A program made the position numbers and the translations under genes. Positions 1-8,380 of a DNA stretch of 64,000 nucleotides are shown here, piece by piece. Numbering within the stretch: the first letter of the stretch is position 1; the number at the start of each line of letters is the position of its first letter. A model generated the notes under the pieces. That model saw nothing but the letters and a program-made list of their open reading frames with translations. It had not been told where the DNA came from and did not search any database. Origin of the DNA: an archaeon (GTDB lineage Archaea; Nanobdellota; Nanobdellia; Pacearchaeales; GW2011-AR1); NCBI GenBank assembly GCA_038121585.1, contig JAYONY010000001.1, forward strand, positions 201,903-265,902, in the 5' to 3' direction.

Positions 1-1725
1 TGTTGCATTTACAACAGTTGTATTTTCTACAGTTACAAAATACGTTATGCTTGTTGCACTATAATTTTGATTACCGGTTGTGAATGCAGTGTAATTATAT
101 TCTCCGACTGGGAGTGTTTGATTAGTCCCGAGTTCTGTCAACACATTACTGCCGTTGCGCTCAACACTGAGTGTTCCGTGTGCGGTGCTTGCTGTTACGT
201 TTAGGGGGGTCCCAACTTCGAGCGTGAGGTTATCTGAAACCCCATTTAGGAGTAATGTTATATCATTTGATGCCTGTAATACTGTTAGGGTGAGATTATC
301 TTGCGCAAAGGTGTAGTTTTGCGTTGCGGTAACGTTCAAAACGATACTATAGTCCCCTGCTCCGAGTGTTACGTTCAAACCAACTTCTGACAGAATGCTC
401 TCATTTTTGCGAATAAGGCTAACTACGCCCTCTCCTGAATCACAACTTTCTGTGACATTTATTGCCGTTCCATATACTATAGTGGTACTTGGAAACACAT
501 TCAGCGTACACGTTGTCTCGTATTGCGTCACATTAAGATAGAAAGTAGTGCTTGCAGCTGTATAATTTTGATTTCCAGCATATGTTGCGGTTATATTGTA
601 GTAATCTACACCGCGAGTTAGGTTCAAACCGTTCTGTGAGGTGATGTCTACCCCATTTTGATAAAGCGTTATGCTTCCCTGCGCTGATTCAGCACTCAGA
701 TTTGTTGCTTGCGGATAACTAACATTTACATTGTCTGCATTGCCATTCAAGAGTAATGCAACAGTACCCTCAGCTTGCGTAATGGTATAACTTTGCATTG
801 CGGTAACATTAACGTTTCCGCTTGAATCATTAGCCCAAAAGTAATACGTGTACTCACCAACCCCTAAGTCTGAAATACTAAATGAGTATGTATCACTAAT
901 ATTTGATAATGAATAATTTACACCGTTAAATTCTATTCCTGTTTGCGAGAGTGCAACATCATCTGTTATTGTTACATTAAACTCATATGTTTGTCCTTGC
1001 ACATATTGTGTTGCATTACTTGGTTGTTGTGTTAGATTTGCAAATGTTGGAAAGGTTGTGTCCCCTCCACCTGCAAGTGCAGTTCCGGAAATTGTTATGT
1101 TATCAAGATTACATCCTTCAGTTCCTAAGTTTACATTACACAAAAATCGTATTGCAAAATTTTCATTGTCAGATGCAATAGAAGGCAATGTATTTGATTC
1201 AATAATGTAGAAATCTTGATCAGGTGTTCCTGTATAATCAAGCACTCGTGTCCATCCGGTACCATTATACCATTCAGCATAATAATAATCCCCAGTATCA
1301 AAATTGTTCGTATCAATACTCCACCAAAAACTAAAACTAATGTCTTCATAACCCGAAGTATTTACTCCCCGTTCAGCTATTGTTTCACTATCAGTATCTC
1401 GTGCAATTAAATGAAATGAATCGATAGGGCCTTCAATAGTTGAGATATTCCATCCAGACGTAAGACCATCAGTTATTGACCACCCAACAGCATCACCATC
1501 TTCAAAGTCTTCAAAGAGGATAACATCAGCAAACACACCTTGCATGAGGAAGAGTGCTATGAAGAATGAAAAGAAAAACATGAGAAACTTCTTTTTATGC
1601 TTGAGTAAGTCTTGCATGTAGAGTTCTATTTTTTTAGAAAGCATGATTGCGTTCGTATCGCAATAGTTTTTGAATTCATCATAGACTTTAGACTCTATGC
1701 TAAGCGTCACCTTCTTCTTTCCCAT
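1..1725 (-). CDS. Surface glycoprotein, partial (C-terminus lies beyond window start): RHH-like N-terminal module, TM/signal segment, MAM/LamG-like domain, repeated Ig-like domains
   Basis: Minus-strand frame is open from ATG 1725 to the window edge. It is absent from the ORF track because it has no stop. Hand translation: MGKKKVTLSIESKVYDEFKNYCDTNAIMLSKKIELYMQDLLKHKKKFLMFFFSFFIALFLMQGVFADVILFEDFEDGDAVGW... About 30 N-x-S/T sequons. TATA-like ATATTTAAAAAAG lies 25-35 nt upstream on the minus strand. Confidence 0.75.
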   Translation of the reverse strand, partial: MGKKKVTLSIESKVYDEFKNYCDTNAIMLSKKIELYMQDLLKHKKKFLMFFFSFFIALFLMQGVFADVILFEDFEDGDAVGWSITDGLTSGWNISTIEGPIDSFHLIARDTDSETIAERGVNTSGYEDISFSFWWSIDTNNFDTGDYYYAEWYNGTGWTRVLDYTGTPDQDFYIIESNTLPSIASDNENFAIRFLCNVNLGTEGCNLDNITISGTALAGGGDTTFPTFANLTQQPSNATQYVQGQTYEFNVTITDDVALSQTGIEFNGVNYSLSNISDTYSFSISDLGVGEYTYYFWANDSSGNVNVTAMQSYTITQAEGTVALLLNGNADNVNVSYPQATNLSAESAQGSITLYQNGVDITSQNGLNLTRGVDYYNITATYAGNQNYTAASTTFYLNVTQYETTCTLNVFPSTTIVYGTAINVTESCDSGEGVVSLIRKNESILSEVGLNVTLGAGDYSIVLNVTATQNYTFAQDNLTLTVLQASNDITLLLNGVSDNLTLEVGTPLNVTASTAHGTLSVERNGSNVLTELGTNQTLPVGEYNYTAFTTGNQNYSATSITYFVTVENTTVVNAT

Positions 1726-1825
1726 TACTCTGCACAACCATCCTTCTTTTTTAAATATTGCTTCTTACATATTAATATGTATATAGAAATACATAGAAGT
1801 ATACTCTATTGTCAAAAAAAATAGT

Positions 1826-2230
1826 TTATACCCCTAGAATAAGTGCTTGCGCTAGTCCTACAAATAACCCTATAAATCCGCCTGCGATAACGACAAAGCG
1901 GAGTTCTCTGTTTGTTGCATCAATGATTAAATGCTCCATTTCTGCATCGTCAAACGCTGCAACACGTTTGGTAACGCCGCCCTTAATGAATTTCATCATT
2001 GCTTCACCCACAATTGGCATATCTTTGAATTTTTCAAGGGACGAGGGCATAACGCGCGGTGCAAGTTCACCGAATCGTGCCGCTATTTTTTTCTTATTCT
2101 TCGGTACAACGCCTTGAATACCTAAAATTTTCTTTCTAGGATGAAACAGCATTTTTACCGCTATCCAATTCGTAAATAATCCAATTAATGCCCCAACAAC
2201 AGGTAACATAATGAATTGTGTGCTCACCAT
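1826..2230 (-). CDS. DUF445-like small membrane protein
   Basis: 134 aa. LIGLFTNWIAVKMLFHPRKK and GVVPKNKKKIAARFGE resemble DUF445 (YheB-like) proteins. Hydrophobic segments at both ends. Confidence 0.5.
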   Translation of the reverse strand: MVSTQFIMLPVVGALIGLFTNWIAVKMLFHPRKKILGIQGVVPKNKKKIAARFGELAPRVMPSSLEKFKDMPIVGEAMMKFIKGGVTKRVAAFDDAEMEHLIIDATNRELRFVVIAGGFIGLFVGLAQALILGV

Positions 2231-2262
2231 TGTCTATCAAGTAAGAATTCCTAGTTAAATGT

Positions 2263-3876
2263 TTACATACCAATAACACGGACGTTATCTACACTACACC
2301 ATTCACTTACTGCACCTGCAGTACATGAGAAGCGAATGCCCACGTTTGGATTATTATCTGCACTTGCAGGTAACGCATAACTTCGCAATACATAGCTACT
2401 ATCTGTGTGTGAACTAATATGTTCGAGTTCGTACCAACCACTGCCATCAGTCCATGATGCAATAAAGTCGTCTGCTGCATCAAGCCCGTTCACTTTACGA
2501 TAATACTCAAGTGTAATACCAGAGTATCCCGTAGTATCAACTGTTGTAGTAAGTACGCTTGCTGGGTCTGTTGTGTCTCGTGGTTTACAATACGCACTTG
2601 CTCCACCAAATGCAGGGTCTGTGGTGCTTGCAAGCCATGGGTCGCCACCGCCTGGTTGTGTTAATGTCCAAGCAGAAAGCCCAACTTCAAAATCATCAAA
2701 GAACAAGTCTGTTGGCCCAACAACTTCGTTAAATTCATCATTGTCAAATGCATCGTCACAGCCAGGGTCAGCTGCATCTACAAGTCCGTCACCGTCATTG
2801 TCGAGTCCATCAGAACAAGCGTATACTACCGGAGCACTACTTTCTGAATTGTCGTTAGCATCATCACAGTCTGGGTCTGCTAAGTCAACCAAACCATCAG
2901 AATCATTGTCTACACCGTCAGCACATTCTGGCACTGGTGGTGGAACATTGTATTCGTCATCATCAGCACTGTTCTCACACCCAGGGTCTGCTAAGTCTAC
3001 AAGCCCGTCACCGTCATTGTCTACTCCATCATCACAGCTGGCAGGTGCTGGGGGCTCGTATCCTGGCGGCATGCTAATTGGATTATTCATGGTCCAGTCA
3101 AGTGCTGTCCATAAGAATGGCCAGTCAGAACCGTCAGGCCCGTCACTGAGTTCTTCACCAAAGTTATTGTTATCACGACTGTCATCTTCTTCAATTTCAG
3201 GGTGGGGACCTACAAGGAGCAATCGTCCAGCACCGTATTCAACACCGATAATGCCTGGTGCCCCGTCAGCGACTGGGTTACCGGGAACGATCCACGTAGC
3301 AAAGGTTTCAACAGTTTGACCACCATACGGTACAAAGTATGGTTCTCCATAATACAGTACGTCTCGTTGCGCTGGTTCGTATTGGTTTGCTTCCAAATTA
3401 AGATTAATATCCATGGTAGTCATCGTGTAGTCTGGCCATGGTGCAATTTCAGGTATTGGACCGATACATTCACCATTAAACATGTCTGAAGGATAATCGA
3501 GATAGTCGCCTTCCCAAATAGTAACGTCACACGCATAGAATGCACCTGCACTCATACCAACGTATGCTCCACCACCAGAAACAAAGTCACGAATGTGTTG
3601 ATCACCCGATGCACGAATTCGTTGATTGTATGTTCCTGCCCATCCACCAGGCATGAACAATCCATCAAAGTGTCCGATGAGTTCTCCTCGGTTAATGTCT
3701 CGGTGATTCACTTCTTCCCAGGTTAAGCCTTTCCATTCTAAGAATGCTTTGAATGATGCAATACTTGGCTCCCATGAACCAGGCCCAGTATAAATTGCAA
3801 AGTCTGCATCCGCAGAAACAAGTGGTACAACAAATAGGGTTGCTATGATACTAAGTACAATCGCACTCTTTTTCAT
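2263..3876 (-). CDS. Secreted protein: GATase1-like (BPL_N-like) domain, three Cys-bracketed DNDGDG calcium-type repeats, C-terminal MAM/LamG-like domain
   Basis: 537 aa. Signal peptide MKKSAIVLSIIATLFVVPLVSADA. GGWAG..GGGAYVGMSAGAFYA..GPHPE motifs. Three repeats of C-x-DG-x-DNDGDGLVD-x-ADP-x-C. C-terminal FFDDFE...DNVRVIG domain. Confidence 0.7.
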   Translation of the reverse strand: MKKSAIVLSIIATLFVVPLVSADADFAIYTGPGSWEPSIASFKAFLEWKGLTWEEVNHRDINRGELIGHFDGLFMPGGWAGTYNQRIRASGDQHIRDFVSGGGAYVGMSAGAFYACDVTIWEGDYLDYPSDMFNGECIGPIPEIAPWPDYTMTTMDINLNLEANQYEPAQRDVLYYGEPYFVPYGGQTVETFATWIVPGNPVADGAPGIIGVEYGAGRLLLVGPHPEIEEDDSRDNNNFGEELSDGPDGSDWPFLWTALDWTMNNPISMPPGYEPPAPASCDDGVDNDGDGLVDLADPGCENSADDDEYNVPPPVPECADGVDNDSDGLVDLADPDCDDANDNSESSAPVVYACSDGLDNDGDGLVDAADPGCDDAFDNDEFNEVVGPTDLFFDDFEVGLSAWTLTQPGGGDPWLASTTDPAFGGASAYCKPRDTTDPASVLTTTVDTTGYSGITLEYYRKVNGLDAADDFIASWTDGSGWYELEHISSHTDSSYVLRSYALPASADNNPNVGIRFSCTAGAVSEWCSVDNVRVIGM

Positions 3877-3956
3877 ACCTCACATTCTAATAACTACTAT
3901 TTAACCTTTGTTGCACAAAACAATAATCATAAAAGGGAATATTCCCTCAGTTTTTC

Positions 3957-4853
3957 ATGGAAGTTACATTTCTTGGAACTGCAAGCCACACTCCGACCGC
4001 AAAGCGGAATCACACCGGCATTCTAGTGGAACTCCCGGGTGAGATGATTTTAGTTGATTGTGGCGAGGGCATGCAGCGCCAGTTTAAAATGGCGAAGAAG
4101 AATGCGTGTAAACTTACGAAACTATGTATTACGCATTGGCATGGTGATCATACGCTCGGTATTCCCGGCCTCATGCAGAGTTTAGCGATGGCAGAGTACT
4201 CGAAAGAATTACATATTTTTGGTCCGCGGGGCACGAAGAAAAAGTTTGCATTACTTGAGCAATTATACGGTCGTTTCAAGATTAACCATGTGTTGCATGA
4301 AATTACCAGTCCTGAGAAAGTAATTGTTGATGAGGACGAGTGGATGATTGAAGCAAGTAGTATGCAACACGGTGTTGCGGCGTACGCGTACGCAATTAGT
4401 AGTAAAGAAAAGCGCCGTATTGACAAGGAAAAACTTGCTAAGTACAAGATTGGTAATTCGCCAAAGCTCAAAGACTTGCAAGCAGGTAAGGATATTGAAA
4501 TTGATGGTACAACGTATACTGCAAAAGACATGACCTACATGCAAGAAGGTAAGAAAGTAGCGATTGTCATGGATACTGCACCGAATCAAGAAGCGATTGA
4601 CATAGCTCAAAATGCTGATGTGCTCGTGATTGAATCAACCTACCATACAAATGAAGAACAATTAGCGCGTGAGCGCGATCATTTAACAACGAAGGATGCA
4701 GCAACCATTGCGAAGAAAGCAAAGGTGAAGCAGATGGCAATAACGCATTTATCACATCGCTACGCTGCACGACCAAAAGAAATTCTGGATGAGGCGCGTA
4801 AAGTGTTTAAGAATACGATGTTACCACGAGACCTTGATAGCCTTACTGTTTAA
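3957..4853 (+). CDS. rnz: Ribonuclease Z (tRNA 3' endonuclease)
   Basis: 298 aa. Metallo-beta-lactamase motif ITHWHGDH. N-terminus FLGTASHTPTAKRNHT is typical of RNase Z. Confidence 0.85.
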   Translation: MEVTFLGTASHTPTAKRNHTGILVELPGEMILVDCGEGMQRQFKMAKKNACKLTKLCITHWHGDHTLGIPGLMQSLAMAEYSKELHIFGPRGTKKKFALLEQLYGRFKINHVLHEITSPEKVIVDEDEWMIEASSMQHGVAAYAYAISSKEKRRIDKEKLAKYKIGNSPKLKDLQAGKDIEIDGTTYTAKDMTYMQEGKKVAIVMDTAPNQEAIDIAQNADVLVIESTYHTNEEQLARERDHLTTKDAATIAKKAKVKQMAITHLSHRYAARPKEILDEARKVFKNTMLPRDLDSLTV

Positions 4854-5326
4854 GCTTCGCGGTAGTTGACAAGTGCCGCAGTGCCGATTGGAATAACACC
4901 TTTGTGCGCGGTGAAGTACCGTGTTCTAGAACCATTTGCCTGCATATCATCAGCAGTACCTATCATGAGATCACCAGGTTGTTCGGATGAGCGAAGTGGG
5001 GGAACAATTGTATCGATTGATACGTCAAACCCTTGCGCGTTAACGAGTGTGGTGAGAAACGGCATGAGTTCGGTGTGGAGTGCGTATCGCATGTCAGGCT
5101 CGCCGTGTTTGTACCCCATGCTACCGTCTTTGTGATGTACCGGTGACCACATATGGTTTTTGTACGTGAATGCAGTGTCTGTTGGATGTGCTGCAAAATA
5201 GTCTGCTACGGGTTTTGGAGCGTGTGAATGATGGATAATGTCCTGACTTTGCACCATAAGTTCATCAAGGTTCGGATGCACGTCCACGTCGAGAATACGT
5301 ACTTGTTTGTGTGATTGCATGCTCAT
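4850..5326 (-). CDS. Hypothetical protein
   Basis: 158 aa ORF. No motif recognised. 4-nt convergent overlap with the rnz stop. Confidence 0.45.
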   Translation of the reverse strand: MSMQSHKQVRILDVDVHPNLDELMVQSQDIIHHSHAPKPVADYFAAHPTDTAFTYKNHMWSPVHHKDGSMGYKHGEPDMRYALHTELMPFLTTLVNAQGFDVSIDTIVPPLRSSEQPGDLMIGTADDMQANGSRTRYFTAHKGVIPIGTAALVNYREA

Positions 5327-5373
5327 CGCTACACGAAATGCATTATAAATTTTGCGTTGCCAATACGGAAAAC

Positions 5374-5625
5374 TTACGCGGTTGAAGCTGGAGAAATATA
5401 GATGATAGTGTCACCACGAACGAACGTGAGTCCGAGTGATTTCTTCACTTCACCGTCTACCATTTCTTTTGTGTTTTCAAGAACGATGTTGATGTGGATG
5501 TCGAATGCTTTGAGCACTCCCACAAAATGTCGGTCGTTCTTTAGCTTGACCATTACTTCCTTACCTTTGGATGCGTTAAGCAAATCCAGTGGTCGTTCAA
5601 TGTTTGCTGCCATGAAGGATTGCAT
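5374..5625 (-). CDS. Sm-like archaeal protein (LSm/SmAP)
   Basis: 83 aa. Sm1/Sm2 pattern: RPLDLLNASKGKEVMVKLKNDRHFVGVLKAFDIHINIVLEN ... VRGDTIIYISP. Confidence 0.85.
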   Translation of the reverse strand: MQSFMAANIERPLDLLNASKGKEVMVKLKNDRHFVGVLKAFDIHINIVLENTKEMVDGEVKKSLGLTFVRGDTIIYISPASTA

Positions 5626-5674
5626 TATGTACAGTATATAAACATTGTGCTGTCGTCGCTGTCAAAAGTACGCA

Positions 5675-6052
5675 CTAATGCTGTAGAGAGGGAGTTTGTG
5701 TAAGTGTTGCTACAAATTCGTCGAGTTGTTCTTTGATTGTGTCGTCATGTGCTCTGATAGGAATGTTGTATGTGCGTGCGAGTTTGATTTCTCCTTGCAT
5801 GCCTGGACTTATGCGATCACCGCAGACGAGTACTTCGTCCATGACGCCACGTTTGAAGTACGCTTCATTAGCTGCAATACCCATTGCGCGTTCGTGTGTT
5901 ATGGTGTCATCTAAATATTGGAGCGATACTAAGTACGGAACACACGGTACGAGTCCTTGCAAGTGCAGTTCTTTACATATCGCCGTTATTTTTTTGATAT
6001 TTCCATGCACATCTCCTGAAACGGGGTGTGCGATGTAGACAAGTTTAGCCAT
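5675..6052 (-). CDS. Nucleoside 2-deoxyribosyltransferase-like (DUF4406-like) protein, tentative
   Basis: The track ORF extends to 6118. The internal ATG at 6052 (MAKLVYIAHPVSGD...) removes the overlap with the divergent gene. Rossmann-like VYIAHP start. Confidence 0.4.
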   Translation of the reverse strand: MAKLVYIAHPVSGDVHGNIKKITAICKELHLQGLVPCVPYLVSLQYLDDTITHERAMGIAANEAYFKRGVMDEVLVCGDRISPGMQGEIKLARTYNIPIRAHDDTIKEQLDEFVATLTQTPSLQH

Positions 6053-6116
6053 TGTGTAAAGCGTAAAACTATATTGATAAATGTTTTGAGCGAACACGTT
6101 TTTATAGCAGTGAATC

Positions 6117-6599
6117 ATGAGTGTAGTAATGGAATATGATACCCAGCGCTACGCGAAAGAAGCACTGCTAGCAGCTGGAGTGCTTGGTGCTGTCATGATC
6201 TTTTTCTTCTATGTCCCTGGCATGCCCTTGCATGAAAACGTGTCTGATAATGAGAAGTTACTTGCAACCAGCGTGTTTATCGGCGCGTTCTTGTGGAATG
6301 TGTTCTTGTACCAAAATCAACTGCATGCTGATGCGTTTAAAGAACAAGTCGGACCATTTTCTAGAATTGCAAATGTCTGGTCAGGACTGCATATAGCCGT
6401 GAATCGATTCGCACTCTTAGCGATTGAAGTCGTGCTCATGCTCACCGGTATTTTGTACTTGTTCGCGTTCACGGACAAATGGTATTTGGGAGCGTTACTC
6501 GTAAGTGTTGGAGCGGCCGGACTGCCCATTACCTGGCACTACTGGCAGCACTACGATAAGTTATTTGTTAAAAAGAAGCTGTCCGGGCGTAATTACTAG
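6117..6599 (+). CDS. Hypothetical multi-pass membrane protein
   Basis: 160 aa with about 4 hydrophobic helices. No family recognised. Confidence 0.5.
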   Translation: MSVVMEYDTQRYAKEALLAAGVLGAVMIFFFYVPGMPLHENVSDNEKLLATSVFIGAFLWNVFLYQNQLHADAFKEQVGPFSRIANVWSGLHIAVNRFALLAIEVVLMLTGILYLFAFTDKWYLGALLVSVGAAGLPITWHYWQHYDKLFVKKKLSGRNY

Positions 6600-6639
6600 A
6601 ATACTAATAGTTAAAAACCGACGATAAAGTACGTTTAGT

Positions 6640-7080
6640 ATGGACTATGACGACGTACAACGCCCCTCGTTTTCTTCTCGATTAGCACGTTCTTGGCAGT
6701 ACGTTACGGGAAAGCCGAAAGAGTCACTTGAAACAGCATTGTATGTTGCAAGTACGGGAGCGTTCGTTGCGTGTGCAGGTATTGGAAGCGGTTTTGCCCC
6801 GTGGTTATTCGCTCCGTTCACGATGATTCGTGCAGGACGACCTTCTGCGCGCCCAACACATGAAAACGGTAACCAATCATTCGATAAAAATATTCGAAAA
6901 GCAGAGATTGGAGTAGGGCTGTTTAGTCTTGCGGCAGGAGCATATGCGCTTGGTGCAGAAACGAATGCTGATGCGCTCGAGGCGTACCGGAGAGGTATTG
7001 AACTCCTCACGTTAGGTGCTGGCCTAACCACTGATGGCATAGCTAACTCGATAGCTGTTTTAGACGAGGATTATGCCTAA
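6640..7080 (+). CDS. Hypothetical membrane protein
   Basis: 146 aa with Gly/Ala-rich hydrophobic segments. TAGTTAAAAACC promoter-like motif about 30 nt upstream. Confidence 0.5.
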   Translation: MDYDDVQRPSFSSRLARSWQYVTGKPKESLETALYVASTGAFVACAGIGSGFAPWLFAPFTMIRAGRPSARPTHENGNQSFDKNIRKAEIGVGLFSLAAGAYALGAETNADALEAYRRGIELLTLGAGLTTDGIANSIAVLDEDYA

Positions 7081-7081
7081 C

Positions 7082-7098
7082 CACAACAGTTAAAAACC
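7082..7098 (+). promoter_or_regulatory. BRE/TATA-like promoter of rps8e
   Basis: CACAACAGTTAAAAACC lies about 25-30 nt upstream of ATG 7118 and matches the window-wide motif. Confidence 0.5.
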
Positions 7099-7117
7099 AA
7101 TTAATTCAGTTCTTAGC

Positions 7118-7486
7118 ATGCGTAAAGGTAAGAAAATTACGGGTGGCCGCTATCATAAGCCACGAAAGAAGAAGTTTTTTGAAAAAACACGTCAGGAACG
7201 AACCGTGTTTGTAGGCGAGACTCGCAAGAAAAAGATTCGTGAACGAGGCGGTAGTGTTCGAACAACACTCGCTCTCGAGAACCATGCGAATGTGAAAACA
7301 GCGAAAGGCGTGAAGCGCGTTGAAATAACGAACGTGCTTGACACACCGCAAAACACGTTTTTAGCACGTCAGAACCGAATTGCAAAGTCAGTCATTATCG
7401 AAACACCACTCGGTAAAGCACGCATTACAAACCGGCCAAGCCGAGAAGGCAGTGTAAATGCTGTTTTGATCGAAGAGAAAGAGTGA
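7118..7486 (+). CDS. rps8e: 30S ribosomal protein S8e
   Basis: 122 aa. GKKITGGRYHKPRKKK ... TPQNTFLARQNRIAKSVIIETPLGKARITNRPSREG is typical of S8e. Confidence 0.85.
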   Translation: MRKGKKITGGRYHKPRKKKFFEKTRQERTVFVGETRKKKIRERGGSVRTTLALENHANVKTAKGVKRVEITNVLDTPQNTFLARQNRIAKSVIIETPLGKARITNRPSREGSVNAVLIEEKE

Positions 7487-7663
7487 TTATTTTCTTCTCG
7501 TTAACAAATTCTTAAATACTTCATAAGCAACTATTTTTTAGAGGTGATCAGTGACGATTACCTCGTTCTGATTACTTCTGCCATAGGGAACTATGCATAT
7601 ACAAGACCTAAAAGAGTTGCTTAAAAGACTAGATGCAAATGCAGTTAGGTTCGACCCTCATAT

Positions 7664-7978
7664 ATGCCTATCAAAAACAAAACACTCCCACAACACTTTT
7701 ATACCGACGATACAAAGTTCAGTTCCATGAGCATTAGAGATTCACTTGGATTAACCCTTGACGGTTTTTTCAGACGGTTTAATTCGTATATGATCACCAG
7801 AGGCCCGTTTACAACTGAAAAAGCACGCACGATAGCTGATGATTATATCGGGCTTCTTGATAATGAAAAAGAACGATCACATGCGCGTGAAGGTGCTAAT
7901 ACCATGTTCTATCACCGCACGGGCAAGGACTTGTACGAGCCGGCAAGCGTGTCTGAATACGATAGAGAAAGCCATTAA
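7664..7978 (+). CDS. Hypothetical protein
   Basis: 104 aa soluble ORF. An alternative 45 aa ORF (7593..7730) overlaps its start, so the start is uncertain. Confidence 0.4.
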   Translation: MPIKNKTLPQHFYTDDTKFSSMSIRDSLGLTLDGFFRRFNSYMITRGPFTTEKARTIADDYIGLLDNEKERSHAREGANTMFYHRTGKDLYEPASVSEYDRESH

Positions 7979-8040
7979 GAGTAACTAGTAAGTAATAACA
8001 AAATAGTAATATTTATATACCTCGTGAAACGCACACATTC

Positions 8041-8292
8041 ATGGCAAATATCCCCTATTCAAAACTGTACGAAGAATTAGAAGAAACACTACATAGCGAA
8101 CGCGACATGTATCTTGAGCGTGTTGGTAACCTCCACCCGCTTACGACAACGCACGATGAGGACAAAAATAGACTTGGTGAAGAATACAATGCTGTCAAAA
8201 GCAATATACAATACTTAAACGAGCGTTTTGCTACGATGAGCGGTGAAGAAATAAGGCGATTCCCAAAAATATTGCTTGAAGACTTGTTCTAA
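8041..8292 (+). CDS. Hypothetical protein
   Basis: 83 aa acidic helical ORF. No family recognised. Confidence 0.4.
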   Translation: MANIPYSKLYEELEETLHSERDMYLERVGNLHPLTTTHDEDKNRLGEEYNAVKSNIQYLNERFATMSGEEIRRFPKILLEDLF

Positions 8293-8322
8293 TCAATAAT
8301 GTTCACGAGAATCCCAGTACCG

Positions 8323-8368
8323 AAAGGTTTATATATCCAAAGATTTAAAAATAGGTATATAAACCTTT
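8323..8368. promoter_or_regulatory. TFB promoter region with a perfect 13-bp inverted repeat of BRE/TATA-like arms
   Basis: AAAGGTTTATATA (8323-8335) and TATATAAACCTTT (8356-8368) flank GATTTAAAAAT. The right arm ends 12 nt before ATG 8381. Confidence 0.55.
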
Positions 8369-8380
8369 GCCCCAAATCCT

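Noticed and set aside
2573-3319. 248 aa Ser/Pro-rich plus-strand ORF
   Set aside because: It is antisense to the well-supported 537 aa secreted-protein gene. Its low-complexity composition is typical of a shadow frame over Asp/Gly-rich repeats.
6053-6118. N-terminal extensions of track ORFs (also 35770..35874, 48205..48321, 60612..60725, 62463..62603, 9560..9649)
   Set aside because: The extended starts overlap neighbouring genes or promoters and add non-homologous residues. The internal ATGs restore canonical N-termini and sensible promoter spacing.
7593-7730. 45 aa ORF (MHIQDLKELLKRLDANAVRFDPHI..) overlapping the start of 7664..7978 in another frame
   Set aside because: It could be a real upstream ORF or the N-terminus of a frameshifted gene. 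There is no motif and no way to decide between these from the sequence alone, so I did not call it.
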